This document shows positions 29,114-38,354 of a DNA stretch of 64,000 nt, piece by piece; position 1 is the first letter of the stretch; every line of letters begins with the position of its first letter. Both the position numbers and the translations under genes were made by a program. The stretch spans positions 182,902-246,901 of the IMG/VR virus record IMGVR_UViG_3300046542_000248; one strand, 5' to 3'. The notes under the pieces are model-generated. The model was not told the origin of the DNA and ran no database searches. It worked only from the letters and a program-made list of their open reading frames with translations.

Positions 29114-29893
29114 ATGAACAATGTACAATCTTGGGTACCAACGAAAGAAATGAAAGTAGTAAGCTTTAAAAATGATGTAATCGTATTTCCGTTTGAACAA
29201 GCAGGATTTCCACTAACAAATCCACACTTCAAAAACGAACGTCAAAATTACAAAAAGAATTTTGACCAAATTACACATTTCATTAATTATTTTATGAATG
29301 TGTACGATGTTGCAAGTCACGTAATTGATACGTATAACTTGCATAAGATCGTCGTTGATTCTAGTCTAGCACCGCGTTTGGAATATTTCGTAAATAACTT
29401 CTATACTGATCTATTCACACAAGAAGTTATTGACAAAATTAAACAAATGGTGAAAGATAATCTGGATCATGAAAACGTTTCTAACCATGTGTATTATGAA
29501 GCTATAAAAACCGAAGATTTGCTAATTATGTCTATCGCAACCAGATTAGTTCTACCAATGATAACTCATTATGATATCATGGAGCACAATGGTTCGGGCA
29601 GAAATATATACATCTATATCAAAGAATTATTTAAACGATTTGGTTTTAATGCACTTAATACCGAACTATCTCTAATGTGTATAGATAGAGTTCGGACCAA
29701 CTATACTGATAACAGGATACTTTGGGTTCAACAAAATTATCCTCTTACGCAGATTGCTCTTAATTTATTCGAAAAAGCTATCGTCACAAATGCATTGTAT
29801 AAATTCGATTTTGATAAGAATCCATTATCATTTATGGAAATTATTATCTCGCAATCGTTACTATTTGTGACGGCATCAAAGCAACCAGAATAA
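29114..29893 (+). CDS. truncated paralog of the gp226-like sigma subunit (N-terminal domain only)
   Basis: collinear motifs shared with 24344..25858 (FE..F; YKK..D.I...IN.FMN.YD; S.A....P.I.HY; LYK..FDK). Confidence 0.75.
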   Translation: MNNVQSWVPTKEMKVVSFKNDVIVFPFEQAGFPLTNPHFKNERQNYKKNFDQITHFINYFMNVYDVASHVIDTYNLHKIVVDSSLAPRLEYFVNNFYTDLFTQEVIDKIKQMVKDNLDHENVSNHVYYEAIKTEDLLIMSIATRLVLPMITHYDIMEHNGSGRNIYIYIKELFKRFGFNALNTELSLMCIDRVRTNYTDNRILWVQQNYPLTQIALNLFEKAIVTNALYKFDFDKNPLSFMEIIISQSLLFVTASKQPE

Positions 29894-29902
29894 ACCAACA
29901 AG

Positions 29903-29942
29903 ACCTACCACTGTAACAAGTGGTAGGTTAATTTATTTTTTA
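29903..29942 (+). terminator. intrinsic terminator
   Basis: acctaccact/agtggtaggt plus T-rich tail. Confidence 0.75.
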
Positions 29943-29955
29943 AGGAGAGATAGAA

Positions 29956-30714
29956 ATGTCGAAATATATACAAATAATCCCCAATCATTTTGGGATAAAG
30001 ATGTTAGAAAATGTTGCTCGTGGAAGTGGTAAGTCTGTAACTCTTCCATCTGACGGGCTTGAATATGAATTACTCAAAGCATACGTTGCAAACTTTCCAA
30101 AGAAGAAGGAAGGTAATCTTCCTAAGAAATTTCAACATGCTGGTTCAGATACATTTGTTATCCATGCTGAGACTAATGAAAATAAACCTGTTAGAACACT
30201 GGGACCTCAAGATCCTAATGAGGTATATAGATTCTTTGGAAGAATCAAAAGAAAGAAGCTCAATCAAATCATTACTAAACATCCTTATGCCAAGGTTTTA
30301 GTTGATCTTGGAAATGGGCTTAATAAGAGGGTTCCTATTAGAATCTTTAAGAAGTTATTACAGATTAAGTTCATTATCTTTGAACGAGACTACGAGTTCT
30401 GTTCACCTGATGAACATGAGTCTGAGTCGATGAATGTTGTCTGGGAAGCACCTCCTGAGATCATAAAGGAGTATATCTACTCTATCAACCAACTACTTTA
30501 CGTTCTTACTGTAGAGAGTTCTTATGATAAAGCAGTAGAAAACTTCCTGCTATCCAAATTCTTCTTATTGGTAGGACAAGAGAAAACTCTAAAGATCATG
30601 TATCAAAATGGTAAGTGTGAGAAGATGAAACTTGATGCGTTCTTAACTGAATATGGAATTAACGTTGATGTAAACTTCAATCGTATTTGGGATAAACAAG
30701 GAAGGTGGTCATAA
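29956..30714 (+). CDS. hypothetical protein
   Basis: 252 aa; SD taaggag. Confidence 0.7.
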   Translation: MSKYIQIIPNHFGIKMLENVARGSGKSVTLPSDGLEYELLKAYVANFPKKKEGNLPKKFQHAGSDTFVIHAETNENKPVRTLGPQDPNEVYRFFGRIKRKKLNQIITKHPYAKVLVDLGNGLNKRVPIRIFKKLLQIKFIIFERDYEFCSPDEHESESMNVVWEAPPEIIKEYIYSINQLLYVLTVESSYDKAVENFLLSKFFLLVGQEKTLKIMYQNGKCEKMKLDAFLTEYGINVDVNFNRIWDKQGRWS

Positions 30715-30715
30715 T

Positions 30716-31027
30716 ATGACTATGAATATGAGAGCAGTGGGACACGGAATGCCATCTTATGCAGCAATAGCTGGTTTGTTAGCAGGTTCACATTTTAAAG
30801 GTGAAACTGAACATCCTTCTAAATCAAATCCACCATCCTCAGCAATTCAAAAAGAATTTAGAGCAAAGATGCAAGCAAAGAGAGAAGAAGATCGTAGATG
30901 TTTTCTAATCCGTAAAGGTGTTTGTCCATCTTGCCAAGGTAAATTAACCCGTGGTAAGAAGGATAAACAGATGGAATATAAACGTCAATGGGTCTGTACT
31001 CCTTGTGATAAAATTCATTATATCTAA
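30716..31027 (+). CDS. zinc-ribbon protein
   Basis: CPSC...CTPC. Confidence 0.7.
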   Translation: MTMNMRAVGHGMPSYAAIAGLLAGSHFKGETEHPSKSNPPSSAIQKEFRAKMQAKREEDRRCFLIRKGVCPSCQGKLTRGKKDKQMEYKRQWVCTPCDKIHYI

Positions 31028-31235
31028 GAAAAACAAAGAATTCGGTAGAGAGCACTTAGCCCTCTACCGAGTTTATTTTTTTTTTGTTTACTTATTAGCT
31101 ACAAATAATGAAGGATTAGTTATTAATCTAACTTGTTTAAAATACTTCTTTAATTTTCGAGAAGTCATATCTTTATATGCTGGTATATTTGTATGTACTT
31201 CTTTAGCTGATATAGCAACTGCTGGTTGTGATCTT

Positions 31236-32273
31236 TTAGACATTTGAATCGCTCCTTTTTAATAAAAGTTCTTTATTGATTTTATCTTGATCATGATTAA
31301 GCATTCGACATTGATCATCATACCATTGCTGATCTTTACCGAGTTCAAAGAAATTATACTCAATATAAACAAAGTTATTAACAGATTCTTTATTAAGTAT
31401 TTCTCTAAGAGTATCTAAATCCATCATATAATAACTATCTTCCCATTGTAAAGCACCATTAATTACATGATCTACATGAAGAGATGAATTATCATCTGTA
31501 ATGAATGAAGAAATCATAATAGAACGAATCTTATTAGAATTATACCTGGCTGACATTGCATTAGCCCTATAGAAAGCTGGGATAGAAGCAGAGAATAGAG
31601 GCTCAAAGAATTTGACACTATCAGCAAGATGATAGTATTGCACATTCATAAACAATTCTCTACCGTACCAATCTGCCTTCTGAATACTTGTAGGAATTGG
31701 TATTGTCATAACACCCGTATTTAAACGAGTATTCTTAATTTGTCTAGCTCTTTCAACCATTTTATGCGTTGTATTGAAATAGTCTGGAAGATTGTGAAGA
31801 ATTTCACCAATACGATTAAATACAGCAGCATTGTTTTCTGTATCAGGGTTAATAACTCCTACATTGCTACCATTTTCTCCGAATAGGAATAGATATGCTA
31901 GTAGTTGTCCATAAGTCAATTCCCTATGATGCTGTCTTGGAAGTCGTACAACGTGATTAAGATTATTAAACGCAGTGTACAGAATTGCAAAAGTTCCTTT
32001 ATTGATAGGAAAATGTTCTGTTGGAGTTGCACCGCCGCCCATAGTTTCAATACGAGCAACTTCTCTGAAATAATACCAGGGATTGGTTGTACATTCCAAG
32101 ATAATCTTTTGCTTCTGTACAGATGTGAGGTTTGGATCATATGGATCTACATCTTGTAAATCATTATTATGCAGATGTAACATATGCGGAACTGTTAAAC
32201 CGTGTTCCTTAAATAATTTGTACAGAGCAAGGAATGAAATGTTCTTAGTATTGTGATGATACCAATAACTCAT
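31236..32273 (-). CDS. degenerate terminase-large-subunit ATPase paralog (no nuclease domain)
   Basis: TKNISFL...VDPYDP...EC..NPWYYFREVARI, typical of jumbo-phage TerL N termini; PRQHHRELT in place of PRQxGKT; 345 aa only. Confidence 0.7.
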   Translation of the reverse strand: MSYWYHHNTKNISFLALYKLFKEHGLTVPHMLHLHNNDLQDVDPYDPNLTSVQKQKIILECTTNPWYYFREVARIETMGGGATPTEHFPINKGTFAILYTAFNNLNHVVRLPRQHHRELTYGQLLAYLFLFGENGSNVGVINPDTENNAAVFNRIGEILHNLPDYFNTTHKMVERARQIKNTRLNTGVMTIPIPTSIQKADWYGRELFMNVQYYHLADSVKFFEPLFSASIPAFYRANAMSARYNSNKIRSIMISSFITDDNSSLHVDHVINGALQWEDSYYMMDLDTLREILNKESVNNFVYIEYNFFELGKDQQWYDDQCRMLNHDQDKINKELLLKRSDSNV

Positions 32274-32557
32274 TCTGCTTCCACCTTTACATTGAAATTT
32301 TTCATTTCTTCTGCAATGATTTCATTAGCTCGTTGATCACGATGGAAGATGGTTTTAATATAATCCGCTACTTGACCTCTGTTCCTAGAAAGAGAGTTTG
32401 TAGTAGCGACAGCTCTAGAAAGCTTTTCAATATTAATAGAACCATCTTCATTTTGGAAAGTGACCGCTTTAGTAGGATTCTCTAAAAGTTGTCTAACCTT
32501 CTTTTGAATCAAGTGCTTTCTTTCAGTAGTCAAATCTTTGGTCGCTGTTTTTAACAT
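32270..32557 (-). CDS. hypothetical protein
   Basis: 95 aa; SD aggagg; overlaps the start of the TerL paralog by 4 nt. Confidence 0.65.
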   Translation of the reverse strand: MLKTATKDLTTERKHLIQKKVRQLLENPTKAVTFQNEDGSINIEKLSRAVATTNSLSRNRGQVADYIKTIFHRDQRANEIIAEEMKNFNVKVEAE

Positions 32558-32577
32558 TTGTGTAGCCTCCTATAAAA

Positions 32578-32587
32578 TATATATTAT
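32578..32587 (+). promoter_or_regulatory. putative early promoter TATATATTAT
   Basis: exact motif upstream of primase. Confidence 0.55.
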
Positions 32588-32675
32588 TAACTAGTAACAA
32601 TACCATCTATATAGCGTTTCTAAATACTTATTATTTAATAAACCTTTAATAGAGAGGAAACGAGGTGAAGACTAA

Positions 32676-33731
32676 ATGGATAGTCAGAAAGTAGAATACA
32701 TAATTAAAACTTTATTCGAATCTTTAAAGAATGTGAAATATAATACTGACCAAACTGAATTACTGTGTGTATGTCCATACTGCGCTGGTGGCCGAAAAGG
32801 GGAGCGCTCGTTCTATATATCTATACCAACTAAAGAAAAACCAAGATTCTTATACAGATGCTTCAGGGCTGGCTGTAGACATGGACAAACTAAGGGTTAT
32901 ATCACACCAGATTTCCTTAGGATGATTGACTGTAATAATTACGAAGCGAACATTTACCTTAACGGGTTGAATAGGCAAGATGTAAAAGAAAAGAGATTTA
33001 CTAAGAAAGGTGCTAGATACCTAAAGAATTTTCCTTCTCCTGAAGATAAGTTGTCTAGAGCTAAGTTGCACTATCTTAATAAAAGATTGGGTATTGATCT
33101 AAAGATGAAGGATCTAATTAAGTTAAAGATCCATACTAATATGAATGAATTGTTTAAGTATAATGATGTATCTGTAGATAAGAAGAAAGAATATTACTAT
33201 AAGAATCTTTCTGATCATGGGATTGGATTTATATCCACGTATAATGATTACATTAATATACGAAATGCCACTGGTACAGAAAAGATTAAACGCTATACAA
33301 TCGTAGATATCTTTGATGCCGATGATGACGTTGAGAAATTCAAAACGTATAATATTCCTACAAAGATAGATCTACTCTCTGATGATCCAATTGAATTAAT
33401 TCTTGCAGAGGGATCGTTCGATATACTTTCAGTCTTCTTTAATATAGAAGATGAGGATGTCTTCAATAAAGTATATTGCTCAGTCTCTGGAGCTTCATAT
33501 GAAAGAATCATTAATCATTATATAAGACAATTTGGTTTGTTGGATTTAGTAGTAAAGATCTACTCAGATTCAGAAGTTGAATTATCTTATTATGAACGAA
33601 TCTATAAAAACATCAAGAAGTTTACCAATAGTCTTGAAATGTATGTCTACTATAATAAGAAGAGTGGGCAAAAAGACTTTGGTGTAACTAGAGAAGAAAT
33701 GGATATTCAAGAGAATTATATCTGGAACTAA
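32676..33731 (+). CDS. DNA primase (zinc finger + TOPRIM)
   Basis: CPYC...CFRAGC; LILAEGSFD; YSDSE; KDFG. Confidence 0.88.
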   Translation: MDSQKVEYIIKTLFESLKNVKYNTDQTELLCVCPYCAGGRKGERSFYISIPTKEKPRFLYRCFRAGCRHGQTKGYITPDFLRMIDCNNYEANIYLNGLNRQDVKEKRFTKKGARYLKNFPSPEDKLSRAKLHYLNKRLGIDLKMKDLIKLKIHTNMNELFKYNDVSVDKKKEYYYKNLSDHGIGFISTYNDYINIRNATGTEKIKRYTIVDIFDADDDVEKFKTYNIPTKIDLLSDDPIELILAEGSFDILSVFFNIEDEDVFNKVYCSVSGASYERIINHYIRQFGLLDLVVKIYSDSEVELSYYERIYKNIKKFTNSLEMYVYYNKKSGQKDFGVTREEMDIQENYIWN

Positions 33732-33734
33732 ACA

Positions 33735-33845
33735 AACAAAAAGCCGACCATCGAGGTCGGCTTTTCTGTTTTTCACAATCTCCTTCTAGATAGAAAGGAT
33801 CACCTCCGCGCCGAAGCGCATCAAAATGATTTGTGAAGATATATC
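33735..33845 (-). ncRNA. candidate structured small RNA or 3'-UTR element
   Basis: AACA-N6-TG at 33845-33856; closing stem; GCGC-UUCG-GCGC hairpin; GGAGGUGAUCC; second hairpin; terminator. Confidence 0.5.
33738..33765. terminator. bidirectional terminator
   Basis: aaaagccgacc/ggtcggctttt. Confidence 0.85.
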
Positions 33846-33855
33846 AATTAACTGT

Positions 33856-35145
33856 TTATTTTTTTGTGGGTAATACTATTTTACCTGCCATATCCATAGT
33901 GATCTGGCTAAGACCATCTAGGAACTTCCATGCTATGGAATTATGAACTACTGTAAAGTCTGTTGCTAATTTAAACATGTAGTTGTAAAGCTTGATAAGA
34001 CTATCCAACTTAGATTTATAATCAGCAAGTACTCGTTGCTCAGCATTTACAATATTCCACTTATTAGCTTTCTTAGCATTATCAATTCTATCCAAACTTA
34101 ATTGAAGTTCTTTAGTGATCATTTGCTCATAAAGTTTAAGTTTAGCTGGAATAACCTTATCAGCATAATCAATAATTTTTTCTTGCTGCCTTTCCATATG
34201 CTTTGCTTTCTCATATAGATAATCCATATCATCTTTGGGCCATACGATCACTTTCTTATTCGGACCATAGAGATTTTCATAGATAGATTCTTCACTATAC
34301 GGAGTTTTGAATACTTCCGCAAAGATAGAATCAAGGAATCGCTTCTCATTATCAATGATAGAATCGGTGAACATTACTACCTTAGAATCAGTTTGAGTTA
34401 AACCAATGATTCTTTGGATACGATCATCAAAGATATCAAATACCTTTTCGATCCCTTTAGCAAAGAAATCATAATCAGGTTTATCATACACATGAGAATG
34501 AACTGTCATCTCATAATTGATACTCTTCATATCAACTAACTTTGCAAGCTCTGGGTACTTCTCTTTCCATTCCGATTTAGCTTCATCAGCTTTACTTTTC
34601 TTACGAGAAAACTTACTCTTTAAGAAAGCAATAAACTGAAGTACTTTCTCTTTAATCCATTTAAAGAACCTACTGATATAAGATAAGAATCCACCATTAG
34701 AACTCTCAGTCAAAATATCCATAACAGATTCTGTAACATAATCGTTATTAATTAAAAGAAAATCAGGCAATGAGGATTCATGCAACTTATGTAATTCTTC
34801 CTCAAGTTCTGCAATTCTTTCCTTATTAGCCTCAGCACCAGATCTTTTCAGTAAGAAAATCTTATGACTAATTTCTTTCTTTTGCTGTGAAGTTGATGGT
34901 GGAGTTGAAGATACAATCTCATCATAACGCTTTTGAAGTTCCTCAATCTGTTTAGCAATCTCATCACTATGACCATGAAGTTGCTGCTGTCTAAGTTTGC
35001 CGATTCTAGTTTTAATTTGCTGCTTTTCATGTGTTACACGATTCTCATCTTTCCATTGAGGTAATGGGAAGTTAAATGATGATTCGTTTATTTCCTGAAA
35101 AGAATATCCTTCTTGAATAAGAAGTAGTTTAGAAGTTACATCCAT
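33856..35145 (-). CDS. internal head protein, KLxLIQEG family
   Basis: MDVTSKLLLIQEG; LTES; FFKWIKEKVLQF; start moved to follow SD ggaggg. Confidence 0.75.
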   Translation of the reverse strand: MDVTSKLLLIQEGYSFQEINESSFNFPLPQWKDENRVTHEKQQIKTRIGKLRQQQLHGHSDEIAKQIEELQKRYDEIVSSTPPSTSQQKKEISHKIFLLKRSGAEANKERIAELEEELHKLHESSLPDFLLINNDYVTESVMDILTESSNGGFLSYISRFFKWIKEKVLQFIAFLKSKFSRKKSKADEAKSEWKEKYPELAKLVDMKSINYEMTVHSHVYDKPDYDFFAKGIEKVFDIFDDRIQRIIGLTQTDSKVVMFTDSIIDNEKRFLDSIFAEVFKTPYSEESIYENLYGPNKKVIVWPKDDMDYLYEKAKHMERQQEKIIDYADKVIPAKLKLYEQMITKELQLSLDRIDNAKKANKWNIVNAEQRVLADYKSKLDSLIKLYNYMFKLATDFTVVHNSIAWKFLDGLSQITMDMAGKIVLPTKK

Positions 35146-35235
35146 TGCTATCCCTCCATAATTGATTATTCTAATTATAAGTTTTACATGCAAAAAGCCA
35201 TCTACATTTTTAGTAGATGACCTCTATTATGCAGA

Positions 35236-36298
35236 TTAAAGATTTTTACCTTTTTCAACGATTTTCGTATACTCAGCGTTAGCAATCTGTTCAGTCTTCG
35301 AAAGAAGACTCTCAGTGATGCTACCATGAGTTACAATGAAATCGTTAGTAATTTTGATCAGGTAGTTGAAAGATTTAACTACGAAACTTAATTTACGTTT
35401 CATTGTCATGATCTCTTTACCTGCTTGAGTTGCAGCGTCATGATCTTGAGAACTATTTGCTTTGTTCAATTTCTCTGTAGCTAGAGCAATTTGAGTATCA
35501 AATGCTCTCTTGTAATGACCAAGTTCTTCTTTGAGGGTTTTCTCTGAGAAATTAATGATACGATTACTTTGATCTTGCATATGACGCAATTTTGCTACCA
35601 ATTTAGTCATATCGAAAACGGTAACGGTTTCTTTCTTAGCGTCACCGTATACCAGTTTAATCAAATTCTCTTTACTATAATCAATACCAAGAGCAGACTT
35701 GAAAAGAGAATCAAGGAATTTCTGCTCATTATTAATTGCAGTGTCGTTGATTCCTTTTGCGCTGTCATTAGGAGTAGACACAATTGAAGATACGCTGTCT
35801 TTAACTGTGCTGTAAACTTTTCCTAAACCAATTTGCCAAGAAATCTACATTGTCTTTATCGTATACATTAGTATACGTTTCAACTTCATAGTCAGTAACC
35901 GATTTGCCAACAGTTGCTTTGAATTTCGGACTTTCAATTATTGCTACTTGCTCTTTAACTTTCTCTTCAACTTTATCGGTTCTAGTTTTAGTAGTACCGC
36001 CAGTGAATTTACTTTTAACGAACTTAACGAATTGTGCAATTTTATCAGCAATCCATTGGAATAGCTTAGCTACTGTAGCAAGGAATCCTTTGCTTTGAGC
36101 AGCACCATCACTCTCAGTGAGAGAACCGATTGTTAAATCAGCCATAAAGTTAATATCAGTTGAAACGCTCTCAATGAATAGTGAGAATTCATCACCAGCA
36201 GCTTCTGTTACTAGCTCTGTGAAACTTTTAGCACCAGAATTGATTTCTCCGATAGAGAAACCTTCCTGAATAAGTTGTAGTTTTTTTGCAATTTCCAT
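35236..36298 (-). pseudogene. KLxLIQEG family head protein interrupted by a +1 frameshift near 35830
   Basis: removing one base joins MEIAKKLQLIQEG...DFLAN to GLGKVYSTVKDS...INNEQKFLDS, collinear with neighbours. Confidence 0.75.
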
Positions 36299-36344
36299 GA
36301 CGTTTCCGCCTCCCATTATAATATTGTACACTAATTAGAAGTTG

Positions 36345-37367
36345 TTAAACGTTAACTGTAACTACAATATCACTGCGCAGTTTATCGGTCACAGTTTTAT
36401 GAGCCATCATAAATTCATTTGCAAGTTTAAATGTGTATTTGTATAGCTTAGAAATTTGCTGCACTTTAACTCTATTTACTTCCATCAAGTAATTTTGTTT
36501 GGCAATGGTTTGAGCATCCATATTCTTTGCCAGTATTTCAGTCTCATGATCCTGTATTTCAGGATTATTGATTCTATTAATCTTTTCCTCAGCTCTTGCA
36601 ATATGTATATTCAGAGCTGCTTCATAGTTTGAAAAATCTTTAGATATAGTTGATTTAACGAAATTAACAATCGCCCACTCTTGTGATTCCAAATGACTCA
36701 ATCTTGTATACAGAGTAAGTAGATTAGCACTGGAAGCATTAACCTTTTTGATAGGTCCATATATAATATCAAATATAGCGTTATTGCTATAATTAACATC
36801 AAAGCAGTCATTAAAGATAGTATTCATGAATTTTTGTTCATTATCAATATCAGGATTAACTGTAGTTGGATCTCCTGATGAATCGTGAAGTACTTCTAGA
36901 GCACGTTTATTCAGTACTTCAAAAACTATATTCACACCATTTCCAAAGTAGTCTTCTTTTTCATAATCAAATACATTACTGTATACATCAATTTGCTTTA
37001 CACCTTGAGCTTCAAACTTTATTCTAAACTCAGGCATCTGTATTCTATCAATAGATTCTTTGATAGACTTATTAATCTTAGTAGTATCAATTCTATTAGA
37101 TGAAAACTTATGTGTAATAAATTTAATAAATTGTGATATCTTTTCTCTAATCCAAGCAAGGAATTTTTTAATCTGTACCAAGATTCCAGTACCTGAACTT
37201 TCATAGATCATCATTACTGACATACTGTCAATATCGGAGATAACACCTTCAGTGAATAGTGATAGGCTATCGCTATTAATTGATTCAAATATTGATACTT
37301 TGCCAGCATTAATATCTTCAATAGAATTACCTTCTTGAATTAAACGTAGTTTTCTTGAAATATCCAT
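36345..37367 (-). CDS. internal head protein, KLxLIQEG family
   Basis: MDISRKLRLIQEG; YES; FLAWIREKISQF. Confidence 0.75.
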   Translation of the reverse strand: MDISRKLRLIQEGNSIEDINAGKVSIFESINSDSLSLFTEGVISDIDSMSVMMIYESSGTGILVQIKKFLAWIREKISQFIKFITHKFSSNRIDTTKINKSIKESIDRIQMPEFRIKFEAQGVKQIDVYSNVFDYEKEDYFGNGVNIVFEVLNKRALEVLHDSSGDPTTVNPDIDNEQKFMNTIFNDCFDVNYSNNAIFDIIYGPIKKVNASSANLLTLYTRLSHLESQEWAIVNFVKSTISKDFSNYEAALNIHIARAEEKINRINNPEIQDHETEILAKNMDAQTIAKQNYLMEVNRVKVQQISKLYKYTFKLANEFMMAHKTVTDKLRSDIVVTVNV

Positions 37368-37450
37368 ATTTGTACCTCCGTTATTATAATTTTCTATCAT
37401 AGGTTTCATAAATAAGATCATCTACCGCGAAGTAGATGATCTCTTAATTT

Positions 37451-38329
37451 TTACATATACTTCTCAATCATCGTTAATTTATTAATATGTGCATTCACGT
37501 ATGAAAGAATCTCTGGATATGTGTGTAACATTGTTTCACACAGAAGTTGAATGATCTTGAAACTGTCATCAGCCATTGCACTAAGATTCTCTATTTGAGT
37601 TTCGTAGTAACCTAATGCCTGATGCATATCTTTCCATAGATCATAGAATGAATCAGTGAATATGATAATATTTTGAATTTGCTCTTTGGACTGTATCCGA
37701 ACAGCGGCTGATTTATTAAGCGATAAATCAAGTGCATTCGGTGTGACATTTTTATCATAGGAAATTGGCGCTCCATTGAGTACCTTTCTCCAGATAATAC
37801 TTTGCATTCCGTTAACATCAGTACTGGATGTAATTTCGGAATTATAACCAGCACCAGTATACGCATAATCAACGTAATCAGCATTGACATCTTCGAATTT
37901 ACCAACCAAATTTTTTAGAACTGTCATTGCAGCATTTGGATCATTGACAATCATATCAAAATTGTCTGGAACCATAAATGGATGAAATTCTTTACTCATT
38001 ATCTTTTTCAAACTGGATGTAGTTTGTATGTGAGTTTCATGTTTCTTCTTTTGAAACATGTGCATTATGAAAGTTTTAAATTGACGAATCTTTTCGAGTA
38101 TCCAATTAATGAACTTTCTAAGAACGCTGGTTTTATCGCCATCACTCTCTTTGAGTATATTCATACTCATTTGAGAAACGTAGCTAAAATCAACAGCGAC
38201 ACTTTCTATGAATAATTGAAGTTCATCAGCGGATTCATTGATACTGGAGAATGATTTAGCTTCTCCTGAATTGATTTCTCCGATTGAGAAACCTTCTTGA
38301 ATAAGACGAAGTTTCGATGTTACGCTCAT
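37451..38329 (-). CDS. internal head protein, KLxLIQEG family
   Basis: MSVTSKLRLIQEG; LKES; FINWILEKIRQF. Confidence 0.75.
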   Translation of the reverse strand: MSVTSKLRLIQEGFSIGEINSGEAKSFSSINESADELQLFIESVAVDFSYVSQMSMNILKESDGDKTSVLRKFINWILEKIRQFKTFIMHMFQKKKHETHIQTTSSLKKIMSKEFHPFMVPDNFDMIVNDPNAAMTVLKNLVGKFEDVNADYVDYAYTGAGYNSEITSSTDVNGMQSIIWRKVLNGAPISYDKNVTPNALDLSLNKSAAVRIQSKEQIQNIIIFTDSFYDLWKDMHQALGYYETQIENLSAMADDSFKIIQLLCETMLHTYPEILSYVNAHINKLTMIEKYM

Positions 38330-38354
38330 GGTATATAAACCTCCCGAATTATAT

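Noticed and set aside
33582-33776. 64-aa minus-strand ORF after a strong SD
   Set aside because: It runs through the terminator and antisense into primase; probably spurious.
33797-33807. GGATCACCTCC as a 16S rRNA gene fragment
   Set aside because: Only 11 nt match and the flanks are not rRNA; kept instead as part of the candidate sRNA.
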